32,000 nucleotides of DNA from Clostridium facile (lineage in GTDB: Bacteria; Bacillota; Clostridia; Oscillospirales; Ruminococcaceae): contig NZ_JACOQK010000001.1 of assembly GCF_014297275.1 (NCBI RefSeq), forward strand, positions 1,453,584 through 1,485,583, read 5' to 3'. The translations under genes and the position numbers were made by a program. This document shows, piece by piece, positions 1-9,900 of the stretch. Every line of letters begins with the position of its first letter. Positions within the stretch are counted from its first letter, which is position 1. The notes beneath the pieces were generated by a model that searched no databases, was not told where the DNA came from, and saw only the letters and a program-made list of their open reading frames with translations.

Positions 1-1176
1 GTAGTATGTTTGATTCTATATTTCATCCAAGGTCTTACCAGTGGCTTTGGCATTAAATTAGGACAGTTCTTCGGAGCCAAAAATAAAATGCAAATGAAAC
101 GCAGTGTTGCTACTTCTATTTTGCTATCCATTCTGTTTACCATTTTTATTACTATTATCAGCTGCTCCCTAGCCCACCCAATAATGGGATGGATCCATAC
201 ACCAAATGATATTTATCAAATGGCTTATGACTATATGTTTGTTATCATGCTTGGAACAGGAGCGACGGTATATTACAATTTAATTTCCAATATTTTAAGA
301 GCATTGGGAGATAGTAAAACACCACTGTATTTTCTAATTTTATCCTCTATTCTAAATATTATATTAGACTATATATTTATCGTCCCATTCGGATGGGGAG
401 TAGCTGGCGCTGCTTATGCTACTGTATTGTCCCAACTTGTTTCGGCTATTTTATGTACCCTGTTTGCTTTGAAAAAGTTTGATATCATGCATTTACAAAG
501 TCAAGATTGGAAAATTACAAAAGAAGATATCTTTTCCCATTTAAGAATTGGATTTCCTATGGGCTTCCAGATGTCAGTTATGTGTATTGGACTATTAGCG
601 ATGCAATCTGCTGTAAATAGCATTGGAACCAATGCCATTGCAGGATATACCGCAGCTACAAAAATGGACCAAATTTCCGTATTAATCAATAACGCATTTG
701 GCATTGCTATTTCAAACTATGTGGCACAAAACTATGGAGCTGGGCTGGTTGCAAGGATAAAAAAAGGCGTCCTTGATTGTTTTATTATGACAACCATAGC
801 CAATATTCTCATTGCTGGATTAATGTTATTGTTGCAGCCATGGGTAGTTCCCTTATTTGTAGAAAACCCAAATCCAGAAATTTTTATGTACGCAAAAGAT
901 TATTTATTTGTTGTAGTCCCCTTTTATATTCTGTTGGGGATTTTAATTACTTACCGTTCCGCAGTACAAAGTATTGGCATTACATGGGGGCCATTTATCG
1001 CTTGCATGATTGAACTGGTAATGCGTGTTTCATGTGCCTTGGGATTAGTATATCTTTGGGGATATAAAGGAGTTTGTTTTGCTACCCCAATGGCATGGTT
1101 AGGCGCAGTTGTATTCCTATTACCTGTATATTTCAAGAATATGCGTTCTCTTTCCACAACTGTAAATTTAAAATAA
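1..1176 (+). CDS. MATE family efflux transporter, 5' truncated by window edge
   Basis: Frame stays open to base 1 (V V C L I L Y F I Q G L T S G F G I K L G Q F F G A K N). Multiple TM helices and MATE-like motifs (GFPMGFQMS, NALRALGD-type). Confidence 0.88.
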   Translation, partial: VVCLILYFIQGLTSGFGIKLGQFFGAKNKMQMKRSVATSILLSILFTIFITIISCSLAHPIMGWIHTPNDIYQMAYDYMFVIMLGTGATVYYNLISNILRALGDSKTPLYFLILSSILNIILDYIFIVPFGWGVAGAAYATVLSQLVSAILCTLFALKKFDIMHLQSQDWKITKEDIFSHLRIGFPMGFQMSVMCIGLLAMQSAVNSIGTNAIAGYTAATKMDQISVLINNAFGIAISNYVAQNYGAGLVARIKKGVLDCFIMTTIANILIAGLMLLLQPWVVPLFVENPNPEIFMYAKDYLFVVVPFYILLGILITYRSAVQSIGITWGPFIACMIELVMRVSCALGLVYLWGYKGVCFATPMAWLGAVVFLLPVYFKNMRSLSTTVNLK

Positions 1177-1316
1177 AAAAGAGAACTACGATAGCGCTCT
1201 TTATAATATTAATTCTATCAGGTATACCAATATCATATAACATTCTATACAACTATTGAAAAACAATATTTGCTATGATAGGCTATATAATAAACGAAGA
1301 ATTAAAGGAATTTACA

Positions 1317-2219
1317 ATGGAACATAAGCGATTTTTTGGACATTTAACAGCATTATTTACAATTATCATATGGGGAACTACCTTTATTTCTACAAAAATC
1401 TTATTAGTAGATTTTACACCAATCGAAATATTATTTTTTCGGTTTGTATTGGGACTAATCGCGTTGGTAATTGCCTATCCACGACGTTTAAAATTAACTG
1501 ATGGAAAACAAGAGTTACTTTTTATAGGAGCTGGGGTAACCGGTGTAACCTTGTATTATTTGCTGGAAAACATTGCTTTAACTTATACAATGGCTTCTAA
1601 TGTAGGTGTTATTGTTTCTATTTCACCATTTTTTACGGCAATTTTATCTCATTTTTTCTTGAAAGGTGAAAAATTAAAAATAAACTTTTTGATCGGTTTT
1701 ATCGTAGCTATTACTGGAATCTGCTTGATTAGCTTTCCGGATTATTCTGATGTACACCTAAATCCGATTGGGGAGATATTAGCGATTTTAGCTTCCTTTA
1801 TTTGGTCTATATATTCCATTCTCACTCGAAAAATTAGCATGTATGGATACAATACGATACAAACAACCAGAAGGACGTTCTTTTATGGGACTGTATTTAT
1901 GATACCAGCGTTATTTTTCTCGGATTTTAAATTTGACCTTATCCGTTTTTTCAATCCCACCTATCTGGGCAATATTTTATTTTTGGGTTTAGGGGCTTGT
2001 GCGCTTTGTTTTGTCAGCTGGAATTTAGCAGTAAAACAGCTTGGTGCTATTCAAACAAGCGTTTATATTTATATGGTTCCAGTGGTTACTATTGTTACAT
2101 CTTTTCTTATTCTGCACGAAAACATAACTTGGATCACTATCTTAGGCACATGCTTAACATTAACCGGCCTTGTTATCTCAGAAAGCCAACATTTTTTAGC
2201 AAACCGAAAAAAACACTAG
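1317..2219 (+). CDS. EamA/DMT (RhaT-like) family transporter
   Basis: Start chosen at ATG 1317 (MEHKRFFGHLTALFTIIIWGTTFISTKILL...) behind an AAGGAA-type RBS. Ten-TM duplicated EamA pattern. Confidence 0.88.
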   Translation: MEHKRFFGHLTALFTIIIWGTTFISTKILLVDFTPIEILFFRFVLGLIALVIAYPRRLKLTDGKQELLFIGAGVTGVTLYYLLENIALTYTMASNVGVIVSISPFFTAILSHFFLKGEKLKINFLIGFIVAITGICLISFPDYSDVHLNPIGEILAILASFIWSIYSILTRKISMYGYNTIQTTRRTFFYGTVFMIPALFFSDFKFDLIRFFNPTYLGNILFLGLGACALCFVSWNLAVKQLGAIQTSVYIYMVPVVTIVTSFLILHENITWITILGTCLTLTGLVISESQHFLANRKKH

Positions 2220-2224
2220 TTACG

Positions 2225-2257
2225 AAAAAACTCCCTGAGTAAATTCAGGGAGTTTTT
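2225..2257 (+). terminator. Rho-independent terminator, likely bidirectional
   Basis: AAAAACTCCCTGA-gtaaat-TCAGGGAGTTTTT. U-run on both strands, just after the transporter stop. Confidence 0.9.
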
Positions 2258-2392
2258 CTCTTTTTCACTTGATAAGGTAGTTTCTAATGAGAATAAAAAT
2301 ATTATTTTAAAGGAACTAAATTTTATCTATTTCGATTACATAATATGGTAGGATTTCTGTTAGAAAATCAATTACTGCTCCAGTAACCAAAA

Positions 2393-2881
2393 TTACTTTT
2401 TGGTAATATCCGCAAAACTAGCGCCAATTAATCTTGAAAGGTCGGTTGGAGAAGTTTCTACTTGATATCCAATCTTTCCTCCACTATAAATCATCGTGTC
2501 TAAACTTTGTGCAGTAGAGTCGATTACAGTGCGATACTGTTTTTTCATTCCAATAGGGGAACATCCTCCTCTAATATAGCCAGTTATCTTGTTGATTTCT
2601 GCTACATGGATCATTTCCACTGACTTTTCTTCCACAGACCTTGCCGCAGCTTTTAAATCTAGCTCTGCTACTACTGGAATTACAAATACAAAATAATCTT
2701 TACTATGTCCTCTTGTCACCAAAGTTTTAAACACCTGTTCCAAAGGTTGTCCAAGTTGTTCAGCAACTGAAACCCCATCTACTGCCTCGTTCCCTTTATG
2801 GGAATATGTATAGTGTCGATACGGAATATTTGCCTGGTCTAAAATACGCATTACATTGGTTTTATCATTCTTTTTTGCCAT
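2393..2881 (-). CDS. ybaK: YbaK/EbsC-family Cys-tRNA(Pro) deacylase
   Basis: MAKKNDKTNVMRILDQANIPYRHYTY... and GGCSPIGMKKQYRTVID are characteristic of YbaK. Start placed at 2881 rather than the upstream GTG at 2932. Confidence 0.88.
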   Translation of the reverse strand: MAKKNDKTNVMRILDQANIPYRHYTYSHKGNEAVDGVSVAEQLGQPLEQVFKTLVTRGHSKDYFVFVIPVVAELDLKAAARSVEEKSVEMIHVAEINKITGYIRGGCSPIGMKKQYRTVIDSTAQSLDTMIYSGGKIGYQVETSPTDLSRLIGASFADITKK

Positions 2882-4160
2882 TATTTTTGATAACCTTCTT
2901 TCCAAAACAGATAAATAGAATTGCGCTAACACCCATTAAAACAGGGTAATATAAATTTGGTAAAATATCCGTTGGATGTAGGGATGCTAACGAAGCAGCT
3001 GTCAACAACTGTGCTCCGTACGGGAGGATTCCCTGTATCACTGAGGTAAAAATATCTAAAATAGAAGCTACCCTTTTCGGAGGTATTTCATATTCCTCTC
3101 CAATTTCCTTTACAATCCCACCGGCCATTACAATCGCTACGGTGTTATTCGCCGTACAGACATCGACAGCAGCGGAAATTCCGGCAATCCCCAATTCTGC
3201 CCCTTTTCTTCCTCTAAAGCATTTTCGGATGGCATAAATTAAGAACTGAATCCCTCCATTTTGCCTCACTAAAGCTACCACTGCAGCAACCACCATGGAA
3301 AGGATAGAAATTTCATACATGGATTCTATACCAGAACCCAGAGCCTCAAACATTCCTAAAAAATCAAACTTTCCTGTTGCCAGTCCAACAATGATAGATA
3401 CCCCGATACCGGAAAACAATACAATAAATACATTAAAGCCAATTAACGCCCCAATTAAAACTACCAAATATGGTAAAATCTGAAATATATTGTAACTCAT
3501 GTCCCCTGTAACAACATAGGTACTATGAAAAGTACGTGATACTAAGATGATAATGGTAACAATTGCCGCTGGCAGGACGATTAAAAAATTCTGTTTAAAT
3601 TTATCCTTCATTTCACAACCTTGTGTCCGTACTGCAGCAATGGTAGTATCTGAAATCATAGAAAGGTTATCTCCAAACATGGCCCCACATACTACGGCTC
3701 CTACCGTTAAAGCCAATGGAAGATTGGTTTTTTCTGAAATACCAACCGCGATTGGTGTTAAGGCAGTAATTGTTCCTACCGAAGTCCCCATAGAAAGAGA
3801 GATAAAGCATCCCACTATAAAAATACCCACTACAGCCAAATTAGGAGGGATAATAGAAAGGCTAAAATTTACGGTGCTATCTGCCCCACCAGCAGCTTTT
3901 ACAATACCAGAAAAAGCTCCAGCTAATATAAAGATAAACACCATGGTAATAATTGTTTCATCTCCGGCGCCTTTGCAGGCTGTTTCAATCTTTTTTGCCA
4001 ATGGGAGCGACCTGTTTTGAAATAGTGCTACTACCAATGCCACTAAAAAACCAACCACAGCAGGCATAATATAAAAATCTCCTGTAATGATTCCTGTACC
4101 TACAAAAATAATCAAAAAGATGCCAATTGGCAACAATCCTAAAACATGTCCTTTTTCCAT
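2865..4160 (-). CDS. Na+/H+ antiporter NhaC family protein
   Basis: Poly-TM protein with SLSMGTSVGTITALTPIAVGI and GAMFGDNLSMISDTTIAAVRTQGCEMKDKF, typical of the NhaC superfamily. AGGAG RBS upstream. Confidence 0.88.
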   Translation of the reverse strand: MEKGHVLGLLPIGIFLIIFVGTGIITGDFYIMPAVVGFLVALVVALFQNRSLPLAKKIETACKGAGDETIITMVFIFILAGAFSGIVKAAGGADSTVNFSLSIIPPNLAVVGIFIVGCFISLSMGTSVGTITALTPIAVGISEKTNLPLALTVGAVVCGAMFGDNLSMISDTTIAAVRTQGCEMKDKFKQNFLIVLPAAIVTIIILVSRTFHSTYVVTGDMSYNIFQILPYLVVLIGALIGFNVFIVLFSGIGVSIIVGLATGKFDFLGMFEALGSGIESMYEISILSMVVAAVVALVRQNGGIQFLIYAIRKCFRGRKGAELGIAGISAAVDVCTANNTVAIVMAGGIVKEIGEEYEIPPKRVASILDIFTSVIQGILPYGAQLLTAASLASLHPTDILPNLYYPVLMGVSAILFICFGKKVIKNNGKKE

Positions 4161-4173
4161 AAAAATAATTCTC

Positions 4174-5001
4174 CTATTTTAAATTGGATTGATATACGAA
4201 TAAATGGAACTCTACTGTAACCGTCAATTCCTTTAAGGAAGCTAAACGTTGGTAATCTTCTATAGATGTTTTATAGTAATAAGGGGTCATTTTAAACAGG
4301 GAATCTATCAATTCTGGTTCTTCCAGATGTATTGGATAGCATAAATGCTGTTGCTCAATCAAATGGAATCCTTGCAGTATTGTGTCTTTTACTTCATTTT
4401 TATATGGTTGTTGGTATACTGCCTGTTTTAGTTCCCATAAATGTTCTTTTCCAGGAACAGCCAATATCATATATCCATCTGGCCGCAAAACACGCAATAG
4501 TTCTTCCCCACAATAAGGGGCAAACAAATTAAATACACCGTTACAGCTATGATCATCTACTGGAAGATGAAACGCACTGGCTACTGCATAATTAATCGCT
4601 TTATTCTGTTTAGCAGCCTTGTCCAACGCAAATTTAGAAATATCAATCCCTGATAAAGAAACCTGAGTTTGATTATGATTAAGATGGCGCTGTATTTGAT
4701 TGGTATAATATCCTTCCCCGCATCCAACATCCAACAAAATATCACTATTTTGGAAGTATTGTTCTGCTATTTTACAAATTAGTTCTGCCAGTGGCTGATA
4801 ATACCCTTTGGATAAAAAATTACGACGTGCAGCAACCATTAATTTATTGTCCCCTGGCAATTTTGAATGCTTACTATTGGGTAGTAATAAATTGACATAT
4901 CCGCTTTTAGAGCGGTCAAATACATGCCCCTTGGGACAATAATATTTGGCGGGGTCCTGTTGTAATGGCCTTCCACAGCATGGACATAAAAATATACTCA
5001 T
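4174..5001 (-). CDS. 23S rRNA guanine-N1 methyltransferase, RlmA/TlrB-like
   Basis: N-terminal zinc-binding motif CPCCGRPLQ...YYCPKGHVFDRSKSGYVNLLL followed by SAM-binding LLDVGCGEGYYT. Confidence 0.85.
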   Translation of the reverse strand: MSIFLCPCCGRPLQQDPAKYYCPKGHVFDRSKSGYVNLLLPNSKHSKLPGDNKLMVAARRNFLSKGYYQPLAELICKIAEQYFQNSDILLDVGCGEGYYTNQIQRHLNHNQTQVSLSGIDISKFALDKAAKQNKAINYAVASAFHLPVDDHSCNGVFNLFAPYCGEELLRVLRPDGYMILAVPGKEHLWELKQAVYQQPYKNEVKDTILQGFHLIEQQHLCYPIHLEEPELIDSLFKMTPYYYKTSIEDYQRLASLKELTVTVEFHLFVYQSNLK

Positions 5002-5281
5002 AATAATAGTCCTTTTTTAAAATCTTAATTTCGAGTACTGTTGTTTCAATTTAATCTTCTGATCATGATAAACAGCTATTTAAATCAGATTTATTATAAC
5101 ATATTTTGAAATGAATTCCAATGAAATCATGTATTACCAAAATTATGATAATTTTTTGTCAATCATGCAAAAAATCAAATCTTTTTATTGTTAAAATTGC
5201 CATACTAACCCATAAAATAACATTAAAATTTATGGATTTCATTGTTTATTATGAACACTTTCTTATAATCTGCATATTTCA

Positions 5282-5309
5282 ATTGTTTCTTAAAAATATC
5301 ATGCTATAA
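5282..5309 (+). promoter_or_regulatory. Predicted sigma-A promoter for the GT2 gene
   Basis: TTGTTT, 16 nt spacer, TGCTATAAT (extended -10) inside AT-rich intergenic DNA. Confidence 0.5.
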
Positions 5310-5431
5310 TATTTTTTGATCTTGAATATCTTTGTTGTGTTAAACTATGCTACGTTAAAATGGTATTAAAAATTTATTGTAAGCAAAACAAAATAACGCT
5401 ATTGTTTTAGAGGATATAGGGGGAAGTTCTT

Positions 5432-6691
5432 TTGCTTAATTTTATTCAAAATTTCAATTTGGTAATTATGATAATATTTACAGTATGCTATGCATACCAA
5501 TTTTTTTATGCTTTTTATGCTTTATTCAAAAAGCCAAAACAATATGATGCTACAAAACAACACAGTTATGCTGTGATTATTTCGGCTAGAAATGAAAGCG
5601 CTGTAATTGCCCAGTTAATCAGAAGTATTCGGCAGCAAAAATATCCGGCAAAACTCATTGATATTTATGTAGTAGCCGATAACTGTACCGATAATACGGC
5701 CCAAATTGCCCGTGAAGCTGGCGCGATTGTATATGAACGTTTTAATACACAACAAGTAGGAAAAGGATATGCCTTAGATTATATTTTTAAAATTATCCAT
5801 AATTCTTCTAAAGCAGATGCATATGAAGGATATTTTGTTTTTGATGCAGACAATCTGTTAGATGAAAATTATATCGCAGAAATGAACAAAGTATTTGATA
5901 ATGGTTACCGCATTGTAACCAGTTACCGGAACTCTAAAAACTATGATACTAACTGGCTATCCTCTGGTTATTCCCTATGGTTCTTAAGGGAATCAAAATA
6001 CCTAAATAATGCACGTATGATGTTGAATACAAGTTGTGCAATTTCTGGCACAGGATTCCTTGTTCATCGTGATATTATCATTAAAAATAACGGCTGGAAG
6101 CACCATCTTTTAACAGAAGATATTGAGTTCTCAGCAGATAATATTATTCAAGGAGAAAAAATTGGTTACTGTGGCACTGCTGTATTATATGATGAACAGC
6201 CAACTACATTTAGACAATCATGGAATCAAAGACTGCGTTGGGCAAAAGGATTTTATCAAGTATTTGCAAGATATGGCGGTGGATTGTTAAAAGGCATTTT
6301 CAAAAATCACAGTTTTGCTTGCTTTGATATGTTTATGACGATTTCTCCAGCAATGTTTGTTTCTTTATCCAGTATTGTAATGAATGCCGTCTTCTTAATC
6401 TGTGGGTTATTATCCCCAGAATCATCTCAAGCAATTATTACAACAACCTTAACTTCATTAGGAGGAACACTTTTAAACTTTTATTGTATTTTCTTCTTCT
6501 TTGGTGGTTTAACTTTAATTACAGAATGGAAAAAGATTTATGCAAAACCTGTTAAAATAGTTCTATCCCTATTTACATTTCCTTTATTTATGTTTACTTA
6601 TATTCCAATCGCATTGGTTGCCCTATTTAAAAAAATCGAATGGAAACCAATCGAACATACTGTTACGAAATCCATTGAAGATGTACAATAA
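5432..6691 (+). CDS. Membrane-associated glycosyltransferase family 2
   Basis: TTG start behind an AGGATATAGGGGGAAG RBS region. YAVIISARNESAVIAQLIRSI, DADN, GTGFLVHR, LTEDIEFS and QRLRWAKG motifs, with flanking TM helices. Confidence 0.88.
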   Translation: MLNFIQNFNLVIMIIFTVCYAYQFFYAFYALFKKPKQYDATKQHSYAVIISARNESAVIAQLIRSIRQQKYPAKLIDIYVVADNCTDNTAQIAREAGAIVYERFNTQQVGKGYALDYIFKIIHNSSKADAYEGYFVFDADNLLDENYIAEMNKVFDNGYRIVTSYRNSKNYDTNWLSSGYSLWFLRESKYLNNARMMLNTSCAISGTGFLVHRDIIIKNNGWKHHLLTEDIEFSADNIIQGEKIGYCGTAVLYDEQPTTFRQSWNQRLRWAKGFYQVFARYGGGLLKGIFKNHSFACFDMFMTISPAMFVSLSSIVMNAVFLICGLLSPESSQAIITTTLTSLGGTLLNFYCIFFFFGGLTLITEWKKIYAKPVKIVLSLFTFPLFMFTYIPIALVALFKKIEWKPIEHTVTKSIEDVQ

Positions 6692-6694
6692 CCA

Positions 6695-6728
6695 TAAGCC
6701 ATCAGTTTTCCTGATGGCTTATTTTTTT
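6695..6728 (+). terminator. Rho-independent terminator
   Basis: TAAGCCATCAG-ttttc-CTGATGGCTTA followed by TTTTTTT. Confidence 0.93.
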
Positions 6729-6976
6729 ATCATATTCATCTAACACGCAACGCAAACAAAATGATTTGCGTTGTTTTACTTATATACAAAAATAATTCTT
6801 ACAAAGAACACTTCTGTTTTTTGTTTAAAACTACAATATCATTTCGATAAGAAATCTGATAGAATAAATTTTAGTAAATTTTTTCCTGTTATAGGAAGAT
6901 ACAGATTTATTTTACCATTTCAATGAAAAATAACGGGCAATTTTTGCTTGGAACTGGAAAGGAGCAGAAAGAGAAA

Positions 6977-9900
6977 ATGAAAAAAAGAGTTAAATTTATG
7001 AGCCTATTGTTAGCCGGATGCTTATGCCTCCAATGTACAGGCATGGTTTCGTTCGCAAAATCAGAAACATCGGGAAACCAATTATGGTTTGATTTTCAAA
7101 CGCCACCAGACAGCAGTAAAACCCGTCCGCTATGGTTTTGGAATACCGAACTGGATGAAATGACGCCAGAAAAAGTGCGAGAACTTGTTCGGGAATCCTA
7201 TCAACAAAGCGGATATAATGGCTTTGGAATTTTACCAAACTGGATTAGCCAATATCTTTCGGATAACTATTTTGAGTTGTACGAAGCTGCATTGGATGAG
7301 GGAAGCAAATATGGTATGCAGTTCTCACTATATGATGAAAATGGTTTTCCCAGCTATAACGCTGGAGGATTATTGGAAGAAAATTATCCTGAGCTGACTA
7401 CAAAACGTTTGGATAAATTTGAACAGGATGCTTCCAACGGTGAAAAAGTTTATTTATCCCTTCCAGAAGGAAAACTAATGGGTGCAGTTGCGATGAATAT
7501 GGATACAATGGAACGGATTGATATCAGCGACCAAGCTACAATTGTTGATCCTCCTCCATTCAGCCCAGATACCCAGCCTCTGGGGGTTTCCGCTTCTTCT
7601 ACCTATAGTGTAACCAGTGGTTACGAAGCTAGCAAAGCGGTAGATGGTGAACTCTCTACTAGATGGAACGCAGAATCCTTATCCGGTGGTGGTGAGTATC
7701 TGCAAATCAATTTTGGAGAAGAAAAAACCTTCGATTCTGTCAAAGTATATGAAGATAAACTGGAAGAACTACATAGGACCAAAGACTATTCCATCCAATA
7801 CTGGGATATAGCTGAAAATAGGTGGAAAACTGTTGCCACTGGAACTAAAATTACCGATCAGGGTGCAACCCACAGCTTTGAGCCTGTTACTGCCCAATTA
7901 GTTCGCCTTTATATCAGAAATATTACACAGGATAGCGCTTCTATTAGCGAGTTCCAAATTTTTAATGGAAATCAACAGTTAGAAGTTCCTCCTACCCCAC
8001 TTGTTCCAGAGAAAGCTGGATATTCCGCTTCTTCTGTTTATGAAATCGAAGCAGGTTATGAGGCTGATAAAGCATTCGATGGAGATATGACAACCCGTTG
8101 GAATGCAGCTGCCCGGGGTACAGCGCCCCAATGGTTAGAGATTTCTTTTGGGGAAGTCCGGAATGTAAACAAAGCAGTTTTATATGAAGATTTGGACCGT
8201 ATTACCTCATTCCATTTACAATACTGGAATGGTGATTCCTGGGTGGATTGTGCTACAGGTTCTACAATTGGTTCAGCTGGGCTTACCTTAAATTTTGACT
8301 CTGTCCAAACTACAAAAATGCGTTTATTAATGGACGGATTAAATGGAATGAGCCCAACTATCTGGGAAATAGAACTTTATGATGGCAATACAAAAATTCA
8401 GATTAATGAAGATCAACAGCAGCCAGAAAGTTCTCATTTGGAATATACTGTCCCAGATGGAAGCTGGAAAGTAATGGCCTTTATGTGCGTAAAAGACGGC
8501 AACAATGGCATGGATTATTTAGACGCCGATTCTGTACGTGCCTTTATCGATATTACCTATGAAGAATACTATAGCCGGTTCCAAAAATATTTTGAAAATG
8601 GTACCATTACATCCGCTTTTTATGACGAACCAACTTTCTGGCCTTGGCCGGGTACTACTCCTTATGGTGCGGAAGGAGCGCGTTTATGGACACCAGAATA
8701 TAACAAAGCTTATGAAGAAACCTTTAACGGTGAAAGCCCTGTGTTAAATTATCCTGCTTTGTGGTATGAGATTGGTAAAGACACCGACGAAGCAAGAAAT
8801 AAGTTGCAATATGTACGTACCGAGCTGTTCGCAGAAAATTATATTGGACAGATTGCGGACTGGTGTGACGACCATGGAATCGACCTGATGGGACATATGT
8901 TATTGGAAGAATGGGTCAATCCAGTCGGACTTCATGGTGATTTGATGAAAGTGTTTAAAGACCAGCAAATTCCTGGTGTGGACGTTATTGGCAGCTATGG
9001 CTACACCCAAGAAGCTTATAAAATTATATCTTCTTCTGCCAACAATTGGGATAAAGGAGTGGTAATGTCCGAATCATTTGGAGCCATGGGAGAAAATATG
9101 GATAAAAATATCTTACATAAATCTTCTATGGACCAGTACGCAAAAGGAGTTAATATGATTATTCCACATGCTATCTGGTATGATAACATCAACCATGTTG
9201 ATGCTCCACCTGAACTTTCCTACCGTAATGAACGATATCGTGAAGAATTGCCAATCTATAATAACTATATGGGAAGGTTAAATACCATGTTGCAAGATGG
9301 TAGGCATGTTGCGGACATTGCCATGCTTTATCCAATCGATTATTTAGAATCCAGCTTTATCTTCAATGGTGACGCAAATAACCCTTCTGACGCAGACTAT
9401 ATGCGTGTTGGGGAAACTTTATCCTTAACTGCTCGTCGAGATTTTACTTATTTGCATCCAGATATTATTGATGAAAGATGTTCTGTAGATGGAGACACCT
9501 TCCATTTAGAAAATGAAACCAACTATGAAGACTATAAAGTTTTTGTAATTCCAGGTACCAAGGTAATCAGCCTTTCCAATCTGGAAAAAATTAAAGATTT
9601 CTACGATAATGGCGGAAAAGTAATTGCTACCACCCAACTCCCTTATCGTGGAATCGAAGACAGCGAAAATGAACAAGTAATTTCTATTATTAAAGAAATG
9701 TTCCAGGTTGATCCTGTTACAGGGCAATCCTTGGCATCTTCTACGGGGGAATACACCAAAAATACCAATGCGGCAGGTGGTACAGCATATTTCATTCAAA
9801 CTGGATTTGAAACAAAACTGCAAACTGTTTTAGATGATGCTCTCCCAACCTATGATGTGGAAATTGACCAGGTTCCAGCTATTTCTGGCGGTAATTTAAG

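Noticed and set aside
3547-4020. 157-aa plus-strand ORF
   Set aside because: Entirely antisense to the well-supported nhaC-type gene, has no RBS, and its composition looks like a shadow frame.
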